A stretch of DNA of 27,092 bases from a virus (Duplodnaviria > Caudoviricetes): the IMG/VR virus record IMGVR_UViG_3300007974_000850, positions 1 through 27,092 of that record; one strand, given 5' to 3'. A model generated the notes under the pieces. That model was not told the origin of the DNA. It worked only from the letters and a program-made list of their open reading frames with translations, and made no database searches. Every line of letters starts with the position of its first letter. Within the stretch, counting starts at the first letter, position 1. This document shows, in pieces, positions 16,495 to 24,097 of this stretch. A program made the position numbers and the translations under genes.

Positions 16495-16655
16495 GACAAC
16501 CAAACATCATCCGCTGCCTGCAATGCCGACGGATCTTTGACCGCTCGAGCGAAGGCGCCCAAGAGTATCTTGACCATCGGGAAACCTGCCCCGACAGTTA
16601 CACCGGCTATTCGAGCAACCATCCGACAAACCACACTCCGAAAGGTGCAGCATGA
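16491..16655 (+). CDS. Small Zn-finger-like protein
   Basis: GTG start after GGAGG. CLQC...H...C. Confidence 0.55.
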   Translation: MRQPNIIRCLQCRRIFDRSSEGAQEYLDHRETCPDSYTGYSSNHPTNHTPKGAA

Positions 16656-16795
16656 AATGTGAAACGTGCCACCGACCCATCCTCCTCAATTCGGAAGAAC
16701 GAAAACGGACTTTCACAATTCTCCTCATCGTGACCGCCATCATGCTGGCCGGAGCAGCCGCCGAATGGCTCGCCACTGTCAACCTCTTCCGATGA
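16652..16795 (+). CDS. 47-aa membrane protein with CxxC
   Basis: MKCETCHRP...FTILLIVTAIMLAGAAAEWLATVNLFR*. ATGA overlaps at both ends. Confidence 0.6.
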   Translation: MKCETCHRPILLNSEERKRTFTILLIVTAIMLAGAAAEWLATVNLFR

Positions 16796-16887
16796 AAAAC
16801 TGTGAAGACCTGCTGGTTACGCTCACAGTCGCAGCAATCCTTGTCACCTTCGGACTGTTCCTCGCCTCCATCATGTGGGGTTGGTGA
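16792..16887 (+). CDS. 31-aa single-TM peptide
   Basis: MKNCEDLLVTLTVAAILVTFGLFLASIMWGW*, coupled start. Confidence 0.5.
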   Translation: MKNCEDLLVTLTVAAILVTFGLFLASIMWGW

Positions 16888-16889
16888 CC

Positions 16890-17240
16890 ATGGCGAACGC
16901 CAATAAAGCCAAAGGTTCAGCGGCCGAACGTGCAGTCTGCGACTACCTGAACGTCAGAGGTATCGAAGCGGAGCGTGTACCGGCCGGAGCCACTTTGGAC
17001 CGTGGCGACCTTTGGGTGCCAGACAAAAACTGGCCGGCCATTCAGATCAAAAACCACGCCCGCCTCGACCTCTCCGGCTGGGTCGACGACGTAGCAATCC
17101 AAGCGGCCAACGCCAATCGAAGCGCCGGCATTGTCATCCACAAACGACGTGGCAAAGGAAACCCCGGCTTCTGGTATGTAACCTCGACTCTCGACGCCTT
17201 TGTCACCATCCTCAAAGGAGCAGCAAATGACCGACATTGA
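16890..17240 (+). CDS. Holliday junction resolvase (PD-(D/E)XK, Hjc-like)
   Basis: NKAKGSAAERAV.DYL, DRGDL, IQIKN, VIHKRRGKG...WYV. Confidence 0.85.
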   Translation: MANANKAKGSAAERAVCDYLNVRGIEAERVPAGATLDRGDLWVPDKNWPAIQIKNHARLDLSGWVDDVAIQAANANRSAGIVIHKRRGKGNPGFWYVTSTLDAFVTILKGAANDRH

Positions 17241-17424
17241 AGCCGAACACGTCTGGAATCAGCTGCTCGCAGCCGCCGAATCAGACGAACCAGACCCCGA
17301 ACTATTCCTCGACGCCTGCTCAATCATCCACGAACAAGCAGAAGAAAACCGGCGCCTCCAAAACATCATCGCCAACCTGAAAGCCGAAAACGCCACACTC
17401 AAACAGGTTGGCTTCTACGAGTGA
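17227..17424 (+). CDS. Hypothetical coiled-coil protein
   Basis: ATG at 17227 after AAGGAG. C-terminal heptad-like segment. Confidence 0.6.
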   Translation: MTDIEAEHVWNQLLAAAESDEPDPELFLDACSIIHEQAEENRRLQNIIANLKAENATLKQVGFYE

Positions 17425-17786
17425 CCGACACCCCCAACATCCCCGAAGCCCTCGACGACTGGGCAGAAGAAGCCGCCTGCAAAGGCAAAACGGATCTGTT
17501 CTTTGTGAACCGGGGCGACACAACCCGGATGAACCATGCCAAAGCAATCTGTAAAAACTGCACAGTCCTCGAGCCATGCCGAAACTATGTTCTCTACCAT
17601 CCCGAACGCTTCGGAATCTGGGCTGGCATGACCGAAAAAGACCGACGCCAATATCGACTCGACCACGGCATCAAACTCCCAGCAGCTCAACACGGAACCC
17701 GCACCCGCTACAACTCCGGCTGTCGCTGCCTACCGTGTAGAACCGTCTACAACAGCATCCTCCGCATCGACCGGAACCGACGATGA
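17421..17786 (+). CDS. whiB: WhiB-family Fe-S transcription factor with C-terminal HGT..Y..GCRC..C extension
   Basis: W...AAC......FF, AKAICKNC.V...C, FGIWAGMTEKDR. Confidence 0.92.
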   Translation: MTDTPNIPEALDDWAEEAACKGKTDLFFVNRGDTTRMNHAKAICKNCTVLEPCRNYVLYHPERFGIWAGMTEKDRRQYRLDHGIKLPAAQHGTRTRYNSGCRCLPCRTVYNSILRIDRNRR

Positions 17787-18757
17787 GAATAGGCTCACTG
17801 TTCTCAGGAGGCGGAGGCGGAGACCTTGGCTTCACCAACGCTGGCCACGAGATCGTCTTCGGCTGTGAGATTGAGCCACGCGCGCGCAGCGTCTTCCGCT
17901 ACCACCACCCCGACATCCCGATCTATCACGACGTTCGAGAGGTAACACATGACCGACTCAAAGCAGACGGAGTCCCTTTTCCCGAACTCATCATGGGAGG
18001 ATCCCCCTGTCAGGACCTCTCAGTGGCTGGAAAACGTGCTGGCTTGGGTGGAGAGCGAAGTGGCCTCTTCCATGAACAGTGCCGAATTGCTGACGAACTC
18101 AGAACCCCGTGGGTGGTCTGGGAAAATGTCGCTGGCGCTTTCTCCAGCAACGCAGGCGAAGACTTCGCAGCAGTTCTCGGAGGAGTCACCGGAAACACTC
18201 CAACTGTTCCGAAGCGTGGATGGCGCAACGCTGGCGTCTGTGTCGGTCCCAATCGAGTCGCTGTTTGGCGGGTGCTTGACGCTCAAAACTTCGGAGTCCC
18301 ACAGCGCCGCCGTCGGGTGTTCGTTATCGGCGGTCCTCGAACCTTGGCGCGACGAGTTGTTGAAGTTCTGCTTGAGCCAGAAAGCGGCGACAGGGATTCT
18401 CCGACGCGCGGCAAATCGTGGGAGGACATTGCCGCCTCGACTGGTGAGCGCCTTGGAACATCTAGCGGGGGGGGGTTGAGTGAAATCTCACAAACCATTC
18501 AGCACAAATACCCACGCAACGACCTTGAGACTGACACCTTCATTCTTGAAACCGCTGAACCGTTGCAGCCGATCGTCGGAACGCTCGCACCCGGCGCACA
18601 CGGCTCAGGAGCATCAACAGTGAACGGGCAGGACGCCTACAGCGGGCAGCTCGTTCCCATCACCGTCAACGCATTAACCGGCCAACTCGGAACCGGTGGA
18701 CCCGACGACAACCACGCACAAGCTGGCTGGCTGATCGAACAGGACAGCAATGGATGA
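17783..18757 (+). CDS. C5-cytosine DNA methyltransferase, N-terminal part (motifs I-VIII plus variable region)
   Basis: SLFSGGGG (I), CEIE (II), GGSPCQDLS (IV), WENV (VI), PQRRRRVF (VIII). Motifs IX/X are absent. Confidence 0.9.
   Translation: MRIGSLFSGGGGGDLGFTNAGHEIVFGCEIEPRARSVFRYHHPDIPIYHDVREVTHDRLKADGVPFPELIMGGSPCQDLSVAGKRAGLGGERSGLFHEQCRIADELRTPWVVWENVAGAFSSNAGEDFAAVLGGVTGNTPTVPKRGWRNAGVCVGPNRVAVWRVLDAQNFGVPQRRRRVFVIGGPRTLARRVVEVLLEPESGDRDSPTRGKSWEDIAASTGERLGTSSGGGLSEISQTIQHKYPRNDLETDTFILETAEPLQPIVGTLAPGAHGSGASTVNGQDAYSGQLVPITVNALTGQLGTGGPDDNHAQAGWLIEQDSNG
17949..18479 (+). CDS. Nested alternative-frame ORF resembling the M.EcoHK31I beta polypeptide
   Basis: 176 aa in the +1 frame inside the MTase, with GAGGT 5 nt before the ATG. 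C-terminal SLSAVLE...KFCLSQKAATGILRRAANRGRTLPPRLVSALE. Confidence 0.7.
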   Translation: MTDSKQTESLFPNSSWEDPPVRTSQWLENVLAWVESEVASSMNSAELLTNSEPRGWSGKMSLALSPATQAKTSQQFSEESPETLQLFRSVDGATLASVSVPIESLFGGCLTLKTSESHSAAVGCSLSAVLEPWRDELLKFCLSQKAATGILRRAANRGRTLPPRLVSALEHLAGGG

Positions 18758-19262
18758 GAGCGAACCGTGGAACGTCTACGAAAACCAGCAGGTGCGTTTC
18801 ACATTCAACTCAATCACCAACTGTCTCGGCCAAGGGCAAAGACAGCAACCAGGACAGGGGGGGGTGGTCGTGATGTATGACGCACCGTTCGCATCTTTCG
18901 ACGCCGAATACTCCGGCCAATTTAACATCACCAACGACGGGCAAATTGCCCAAACGCTGAAGGCGAAAACCACCAGTGCCGTCGGCACTGGTGGTGTCAG
19001 AACCATCGTGCGACGCCTAACGCCCCTCGAATGTGAGCGCCTTATGGGCTGGCCCGACAACTACACCGCCCACGGCGTCAGCGACGAAGGCGAACTTGTC
19101 GACATCGCAAATACCAACCGTTACCGCATCTGCGGAAACGGCATCGTCGCAACCGTCACCGAATGGATCGGCAACCGACTACCCACTGTCACAGGCGAGA
19201 GCGACGATGAAACCATGACCAACAGTTCCAACCATTCACCAGCTGCCACATCCCAAACATGA
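18750..19262 (+). CDS. C5-cytosine DNA methyltransferase, C-terminal part (motifs IX-X)
   Basis: VRRLTPLECERLMGWPDNYT (IX) and RYRICGNGIV (X). ATG overlaps the upstream stop by 8 nt. Confidence 0.88.
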   Translation: MDESEPWNVYENQQVRFTFNSITNCLGQGQRQQPGQGGVVVMYDAPFASFDAEYSGQFNITNDGQIAQTLKAKTTSAVGTGGVRTIVRRLTPLECERLMGWPDNYTAHGVSDEGELVDIANTNRYRICGNGIVATVTEWIGNRLPTVTGESDDETMTNSSNHSPAATSQT

Positions 19263-19416
19263 AAAGAAACCATGGCTGATCTGACTGGACCGCATACAAA
19301 GCCCACGGCCACGAATGAAACAGGATCACCAGCCAAGCCCACCAACGACCTCGACCCGCCTGCCACATACCAAACACACCCAGCACCTCAAACAATGACA
19401 ACACCAACGGCCACAT
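19189..19416 (-). CDS. Small Trp-rich multi-TM protein, PnuC-like fragment
   Basis: GGAGGT 4 nt before ATG. MWPLVLSLFEVLGVFGMWQAGRGRWWAWLVILFHSWPWALYAVQSDQPWFLFMFGMWQLVNGWNCWSW... resembles short PnuC-like actinophage membrane proteins. Confidence 0.65.
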   Translation of the reverse strand: MWPLVLSLFEVLGVFGMWQAGRGRWWAWLVILFHSWPWALYAVQSDQPWFLFMFGMWQLVNGWNCWSWFHRRSRL

Positions 19417-19447
19417 CACAACCTCCAACCCGACCAGGAGAAACCAA

Positions 19448-21067
19448 ATGACAACGCTAGACCCTGAAACCCTCACGAAGCTCAGTCAACCCCAAGAAAC
19501 CGTCCGCCGAGACCGCTGGGGCCGCTACCAGGTACTCCCACCGAACTCCGACAAAGTCGTCGGCTACTCAAGAGCGACGACTATCGCCAAGATTCTCGAC
19601 GACCAATCGAGCCTGATGGCATGGAACTCGAGGATGACAGGCATCGGCCTCTCGCAACGCCCAGACCTTGTGGCCCTCATCGCAGCGACCCCACAAGACG
19701 ACAAGAAAACGCTAGACGGAATTGTGAAGCGCGCGTCCGAAGCAGGCGGAGCAACCGTCCGCCGAGACTTGGGAACAGCAATTCACGGAATGCTCGAACA
19801 GCGCCTCGCCGACCGCACCTACAAAGCGACCGAGCCGTACCAGGCTGACATTGAAGCGATTATGCAAGCCATCGCCGACGCCGGCCTCGAGTTCGTCCAA
19901 GGAATGTCCGAACGAATTGTGGTCAACGACGACATCCAAGTCGCTGGAACCTTCGACCTACTCCTCACCAATGGTGAAGACCTGTTCGTCGCTGACCTCA
20001 AAACCGGCTCATCCGTCAAATATGGGGGCCTCGCCTTTGCCATCCAACTCGCCATCTACGCCCACGCCCACAACCTCTACACACAAGGCGCAGCGAAAGA
20101 CGGATCGCAAGACATACGCGAACCCATGCCCAACGTCTCCAAATCCGTGGCAATCATTATCCACGCCCAACCAGCCTCAGGCGAAGCAACCCTCCACTGG
20201 CTGGACCTCGAGACCGGCACTCTGGCGCTTCACACAGCCCTCGAGGTCCGCAAGCTCAGGAAACTCCAACCACTGCACCAGTTCACCCCACAGCAGGCCA
20301 CAGCGGCCCTCTACGGCCACCAGAGACCAGGCCAAGTCGTCCACGTCGACGAAGCATGGCGTAAAGAAACGAAAAAGCGAATCTCCACCATTATTGTCGC
20401 CGGCCACTCCCAGCAGCTCGTCGACGTATGGCCCGACGACCATCCCACCCTCAAGTCCGCTGATCCGATCACTCTGGATCAAGCCGACGGCATTTCACGC
20501 GTACTCGACGTACTCGAAAAAGAACTTGGCCTCCCCTTCGCATCGCTCCCAGAACAAAACCCGCCACCCAAACCACCAGCAAAATCGAAGCGACGCCGAG
20601 CCATCCAAGACGGCCTAGACAAACTCGTCGACCTCGAAGTCGTCGACAACCTCAACGCCCACGCCATAGCGACTCTCACCCCAACCGGTTTGGAATGGGC
20701 TAAAAAGATTCTTGACGAAGCCAAACTCCAAGGCCGAACCCTTGCCCTCACACCGCCTCAAGGGCTGCCAACCTTGCGCCGCTACTGGATCTGCGACCTC
20801 ATCATCACGATCGCCAACCATGCAGACGACGAACTCGCTTGGTGTCTGCTAGACCATGCGACCGGCCAAACCATCCCTCACCATTCTCTCGGAGACGCCT
20901 TTGGCACCCTCCGAAAGACCGAAGCCCAAACAGGCCTTCGGATCGCCAAAGCAATCGACCTCCTCGATCTGATCCCCATGTGGGATGAGAATGGATGTCG
21001 ACTCGATGGCGACATCAACGCCGCAATCAGCGGCCACCCGACAGCTAAGGAACCCAATGACATTTGA
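19448..21067 (+). CDS. PD-(D/E)XK (RecB/Cas4-like) exonuclease with long C-terminal extension
   Basis: RDRWGRY, YSRATTIAK.LDD..SL.AW, GTAIH, AGTFD, ADLKTG, QLAIYA. Confidence 0.85.
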   Translation: MTTLDPETLTKLSQPQETVRRDRWGRYQVLPPNSDKVVGYSRATTIAKILDDQSSLMAWNSRMTGIGLSQRPDLVALIAATPQDDKKTLDGIVKRASEAGGATVRRDLGTAIHGMLEQRLADRTYKATEPYQADIEAIMQAIADAGLEFVQGMSERIVVNDDIQVAGTFDLLLTNGEDLFVADLKTGSSVKYGGLAFAIQLAIYAHAHNLYTQGAAKDGSQDIREPMPNVSKSVAIIIHAQPASGEATLHWLDLETGTLALHTALEVRKLRKLQPLHQFTPQQATAALYGHQRPGQVVHVDEAWRKETKKRISTIIVAGHSQQLVDVWPDDHPTLKSADPITLDQADGISRVLDVLEKELGLPFASLPEQNPPPKPPAKSKRRRAIQDGLDKLVDLEVVDNLNAHAIATLTPTGLEWAKKILDEAKLQGRTLALTPPQGLPTLRRYWICDLIITIANHADDELAWCLLDHATGQTIPHHSLGDAFGTLRKTEAQTGLRIAKAIDLLDLIPMWDENGCRLDGDINAAISGHPTAKEPNDI

Positions 21068-21485
21068 CACCAACGCAGCAAACGCCCTCACCCGAAAAGG
21101 TGGCGGCAACATCGCCAAGTTCAACAACATCGGCGACACCACGAAAATCAAAATCACCGGACTCGAAGAACGGGAACAAACCGACTTCATCTCCGGCGCA
21201 CCCATCAACTGGGCCGACGGCAAACCGAAAATGCAGTTTGTCTTCACCGGCATCGACCAGGACACCCAAGAAGAAACCCGCATCTTCGCCAAAGGCTTCA
21301 TGCTCGGAGCAATCAAAGACGCTCTCGTCGCAGCTGAAGCAAACCTCGAGGCCGGCGGAATCTTGGCAGTCAAGTTCAGCCACGAGGACGAACCCTCCAA
21401 GCCGGGACTCAACCCAGCGAAAAGGTACGTCGCCCAATATCAGGCACCCAAGGCAGCGTCGATAAGCGCTGACGACCTGATCTGA
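21057..21485 (+). CDS. Single-stranded DNA-binding protein (actinophage type)
   Basis: AKF.NIGD, EREQTDF.SG....WADGKPKMQ, GG.LAVKF, K.Y.AQY, acidic tail. Follows the exonuclease. Confidence 0.7.
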   Translation: MTFDTNAANALTRKGGGNIAKFNNIGDTTKIKITGLEEREQTDFISGAPINWADGKPKMQFVFTGIDQDTQEETRIFAKGFMLGAIKDALVAAEANLEAGGILAVKFSHEDEPSKPGLNPAKRYVAQYQAPKAASISADDLI

Positions 21486-21631
21486 TGGGTAAGCAACTCA
21501 TAGGCGCCCAAGCCGACAATCTCCTCGTGAACAAAATCGACGAGGCAGCAAGACGCTTAGGGGTCAACAGGTCCGAGTTCATCCGCCAGGCACTCGAGCA
21601 ACACGCCGACCGGATACTCAACCAGCAGTAG
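21485..21631 (+). CDS. Ribbon-helix-helix (CopG/Arc-like) DNA-binding protein
   Basis: MGKQLIGAQADNLLVNKIDEAARRLGVNRSEFIRQALEQHADRILNQQ*. Below the ORF-track cutoff. Confidence 0.8.
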   Translation: MGKQLIGAQADNLLVNKIDEAARRLGVNRSEFIRQALEQHADRILNQQ

Positions 21632-21637
21632 CCGCTC

Positions 21638-21680
21638 TGGAAACCCCAGCATCCTTCCCCCGACGATGCTGGGGTTTCCA
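21638..21680 (+). terminator. Strong intergenic hairpin (terminator/processing site)
   Basis: Perfect 16-bp stem TGGAAACCCCAGCATC / GATGCTGGGGTTTCCA with loop CTTCCCCCGAC. Confidence 0.65.
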
Positions 21681-21699
21681 CAACCCCGAAAGAAGCACA

Positions 21700-21909
21700 A
21701 TGGACCAAGCACACCTACTAATCCGAACCGACCATCACAACCACAACTACCTGATCGAAGCCGTAATGGGGGCCGAACGAATCATCCTCGCCACATCAAC
21801 CAGCCACGCCGACGCCTTCACCATCGCTACCAACCTGCGCGCGTGGACACGACGACACCCCGACAATGTCCCCTTTCCGATCTATGACAAAACAACGCCT
21901 CTGAAGTGA
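21700..21909 (+). CDS. Hypothetical protein
   Basis: 69 aa, genome-typical codon use, coupled to the next ORF. Confidence 0.55.
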   Translation: MDQAHLLIRTDHHNHNYLIEAVMGAERIILATSTSHADAFTIATNLRAWTRRHPDNVPFPIYDKTTPLK

Positions 21910-22082
21910 AAGGAAACACCCATAGAAACTGGCATTGCCTTCGATGCCAAAACGAATACTCGACCCCACAACCGGTGATCGCTGTTCTCTGTAGCAGCTG
22001 CACCCGAAAGAACCGAGGAACTCAAACATGGATGAACCCAAACACGACTGGCACCAAACAGTCGCCGGATGCCTCGCAGTGA
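21906..22082 (+). CDS. 58-aa zinc-ribbon protein
   Basis: GTG in a GTGA overlap. WHCLRC...VLCSSC. Confidence 0.55.
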   Translation: MKGNTHRNWHCLRCQNEYSTPQPVIAVLCSSCTRKNRGTQTWMNPNTTGTKQSPDASQ

Positions 22083-22549
22083 TCCTTCTACTTGGATCCG
22101 GCATCTTTGTCGGCCGCTGCTCAATCCCAGCAGCAGCCGAACAACTCACAGCACCAACCGTCGACGTCGCCATCACGATCGGCAACGACAACACGATCGA
22201 AGCCCAAGCAGCAATCGCAGAGACGTTCCGGAATGTCGGAACATCCACGACAACTGCACCACAATCTGTCCCAGCGGTCTCGCACTCGGGCGACGACCGC
22301 TGGGACCGACTCGCCCAATGCGAAGCCGGAGGCAACTGGACAGCCAACACCGGAAACGGATTTGGTGGCGGCCTCCAGTTCATGCATCAGCGGTCCTACT
22401 CGACTTGGCTGTCCTTTGGTGGTGGCGAATACGCCGACCATCCGTGGGACGCCTCGAGGGAACAGCAAATCGCAGTGGCCGAGAAAGTCTTGGCTAGATC
22501 CGGCTGGAACGCCTGGCCTGGCTGCTCACGAAAGTTGGGGTGGCTGTGA
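22028..22549 (+). CDS. rpf: Resuscitation-promoting factor (Rpf) domain lytic transglycosylase with N-terminal TM/signal segment
   Basis: [25 protein letters not shown]...TW...GG......[23 protein letters not shown], with catalytic Glu and both Cys intact. Confidence 0.93.
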   Translation: MDEPKHDWHQTVAGCLAVILLLGSGIFVGRCSIPAAAEQLTAPTVDVAITIGNDNTIEAQAAIAETFRNVGTSTTTAPQSVPAVSHSGDDRWDRLAQCEAGGNWTANTGNGFGGGLQFMHQRSYSTWLSFGGGEYADHPWDASREQQIAVAEKVLARSGWNAWPGCSRKLGWL

Positions 22550-22929
22550 TGAGTGTTGCTACTGAGCAGCTTTCATTGTTTGAAATTGAGACCGTTGCCA
22601 CCCCAATAGAAACCACAAGCACGGACGGCATTGCGCTTATTTATTCATGCGCTCAATCTGGGAAAACATCCAAGATTCGGCTGATTGTTCGATACGAGGA
22701 CGCTCCCGTCATTTGTTCAGATGCGTCGACTAAAGGCGTTTCGCACGGGAGTCGCTGGCATCTGATGTTCACAAGTTTGAGCAACTACTTGAAATGTCAT
22801 GGCGGCAAAGCCGTCATTGACATCGAGGACGACGGCCGCTTTCAACCGCTGCTGGATTCTCTCAACATCACCCCAATTTCAGCAAGCGACCCACTAATTG
22901 CCTCGTTTGTGAAGGCGGTCGGACAATGA
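22549..22929 (+). CDS. Hypothetical protein
   Basis: ATG at 22549 (TGATG). More T-rich codon use than neighbours. Confidence 0.6.
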   Translation: MSVATEQLSLFEIETVATPIETTSTDGIALIYSCAQSGKTSKIRLIVRYEDAPVICSDASTKGVSHGSRWHLMFTSLSNYLKCHGGKAVIDIEDDGRFQPLLDSLNITPISASDPLIASFVKAVGQ

Positions 22930-23186
22930 GTATCAGATCGACAAGAGAAGAATTCGAAGTCCCACTCCGTAACGGCTACGGAACAGAACACGAAACCAAA
23001 TACATCGACATCCATGTCTTCATGACAATCACTCACAACGTAATCGGCCTAGACCTCTGTGAACTGTCAAGAGAACATGGCCTCGCACTCAACCAGTGCG
23101 AAGTCATACTCACTCATGAAGAGGCAAAACGTCTCGCCAAAGCCTTACTCGACACCATCCAAGAAAACGAGAAACGAGAACTCTAA
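22926..23186 (+). CDS. Hypothetical protein
   Basis: 86 aa, coupled at both ends. LT.EEAKRLAKALL motif. Confidence 0.6.
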   Translation: MSIRSTREEFEVPLRNGYGTEHETKYIDIHVFMTITHNVIGLDLCELSREHGLALNQCEVILTHEEAKRLAKALLDTIQENEKREL

Positions 23187-23371
23187 TGAACCACAACCCC
23201 GACATCGAAGAACCACACAAGACTTGCGCGCGCTGCACCCTCACCCTGCCAGCCTCCGACTTCGGATACGACGGCCGCACCAGGGACCGCCTCACCTACC
23301 GCTGCAACACCTGTCGAAGCCAACCAGCCGACACCTTCACAACCACACACCAAATCCCCGGAGACATGTGA
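23186..23371 (+). CDS. Zinc-finger protein
   Basis: KTCARC...LP.SDF.......D.L...CNTC. Confidence 0.65.
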   Translation: MNHNPDIEEPHKTCARCTLTLPASDFGYDGRTRDRLTYRCNTCRSQPADTFTTTHQIPGDM

Positions 23372-23568
23372 TGCCATCAATCAAAATCAGCAGACAACAG
23401 CTGCCAGAGCCACCCGAAGCAATCACCATCCAAGCCAACGACGGCCACCTCATCGGAACACTCCGCTTCGCTAACAAAGCCGGCACCACCACCAGTGTCC
23501 TCGAGTACGCACCAGGGCAACTACCCCACCGCCAATACCCACTCCGGTCCAAGCATCGCCCACGATGA
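23371..23568 (+). CDS. Hypothetical protein
   Basis: MPSIKISRQQ..., coupled TGATG and ATGA. Confidence 0.55.
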   Translation: MPSIKISRQQLPEPPEAITIQANDGHLIGTLRFANKAGTTTSVLEYAPGQLPHRQYPLRSKHRPR

Positions 23569-23903
23569 AACATGGCACCAACAACTCCTACAAATATCAC
23601 GGCTGTCGCTGCGACCTCTGCAAAAAAGCCGCACACGATTATTACTTGCAAAGAAAAGGCAGAGAAAACCATCGTCAAGGCCCGACCCTTTACTGGCCGA
23701 TCCAACCGTTATTTCGAGCAGCAGACACCAATCAGTTCCTAGAACTCGCATACCTCACCGGCATCTCAGTTCGAACCCTTCACAGATCTTTCGACCGTGG
23801 ACTCACCGACGACACAGCCGACCGGGCAGCCATAGGACTCGGACTCCACCCCATGAACATCTGGCCCAACTGGATCGACCCCTACCTCAAAGGAGCAGCA
23901 TGA
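23565..23903 (+). CDS. Putative DNA-binding protein (Zn motif plus HTH-like)
   Basis: HGTNNSYKYHGCRCDLC, then LAYLTGISVRTLHR...ADRAAI.LGLHP..IWP. Confidence 0.65.
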   Translation: MKHGTNNSYKYHGCRCDLCKKAAHDYYLQRKGRENHRQGPTLYWPIQPLFRAADTNQFLELAYLTGISVRTLHRSFDRGLTDDTADRAAIGLGLHPMNIWPNWIDPYLKGAA

Positions 23904-24097
23904 CACCCGACGACATCTTGCAGGCACTCAAAAATCAACGCTACTGGCCCAACCCTGACACCCTTGATGAAGACCTCCACAACGCCATCACCCTCATCAA
24001 TCAGCTCTGCGAACTCAACGCCAAATACATCTCAAGCATGATGGAAGTCATGGCCGCCGCTGAAGACCTCACCGACGAACTCAAAACCATTCAATGA
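23900..24097 (+). CDS. Hypothetical helical protein
   Basis: MTPDDILQALK... after AAGGAG, ATGA overlaps. Confidence 0.6.
   Translation: MTPDDILQALKNQRYWPNPDTLDEDLHNAITLINQLCELNAKYISSMMEVMAAAEDLTDELKTIQ

Noticed and set aside
17783-19262. Methyltransferase pseudogene
   Set aside because: All catalytic motifs are intact and the break coincides with a coupled ATG. An assembly indel remains possible and should be checked.
19272-19451. + strand 59-aa Pro/Thr-rich ORF ending in an ATGA overlap
   Set aside because: Low complexity with a weak RBS. Better explained as the shadow of the minus-strand membrane gene, though not fully excluded.
19851-20618. Long alternative-frame + ORFs (also 25101-25745 and similar)
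   Set aside because: Ser/Pro/Thr- or Arg/His-rich products expected from the C/A codon bias, with no RBS or family motif, unlike 17949-18479.
19448-21067. Cas4-like nuclease as evidence of CRISPR-Cas
   Set aside because: No array, no other cas genes and no Fe-S cysteine cluster. It is a normal phage recombination exonuclease next to an SSB.
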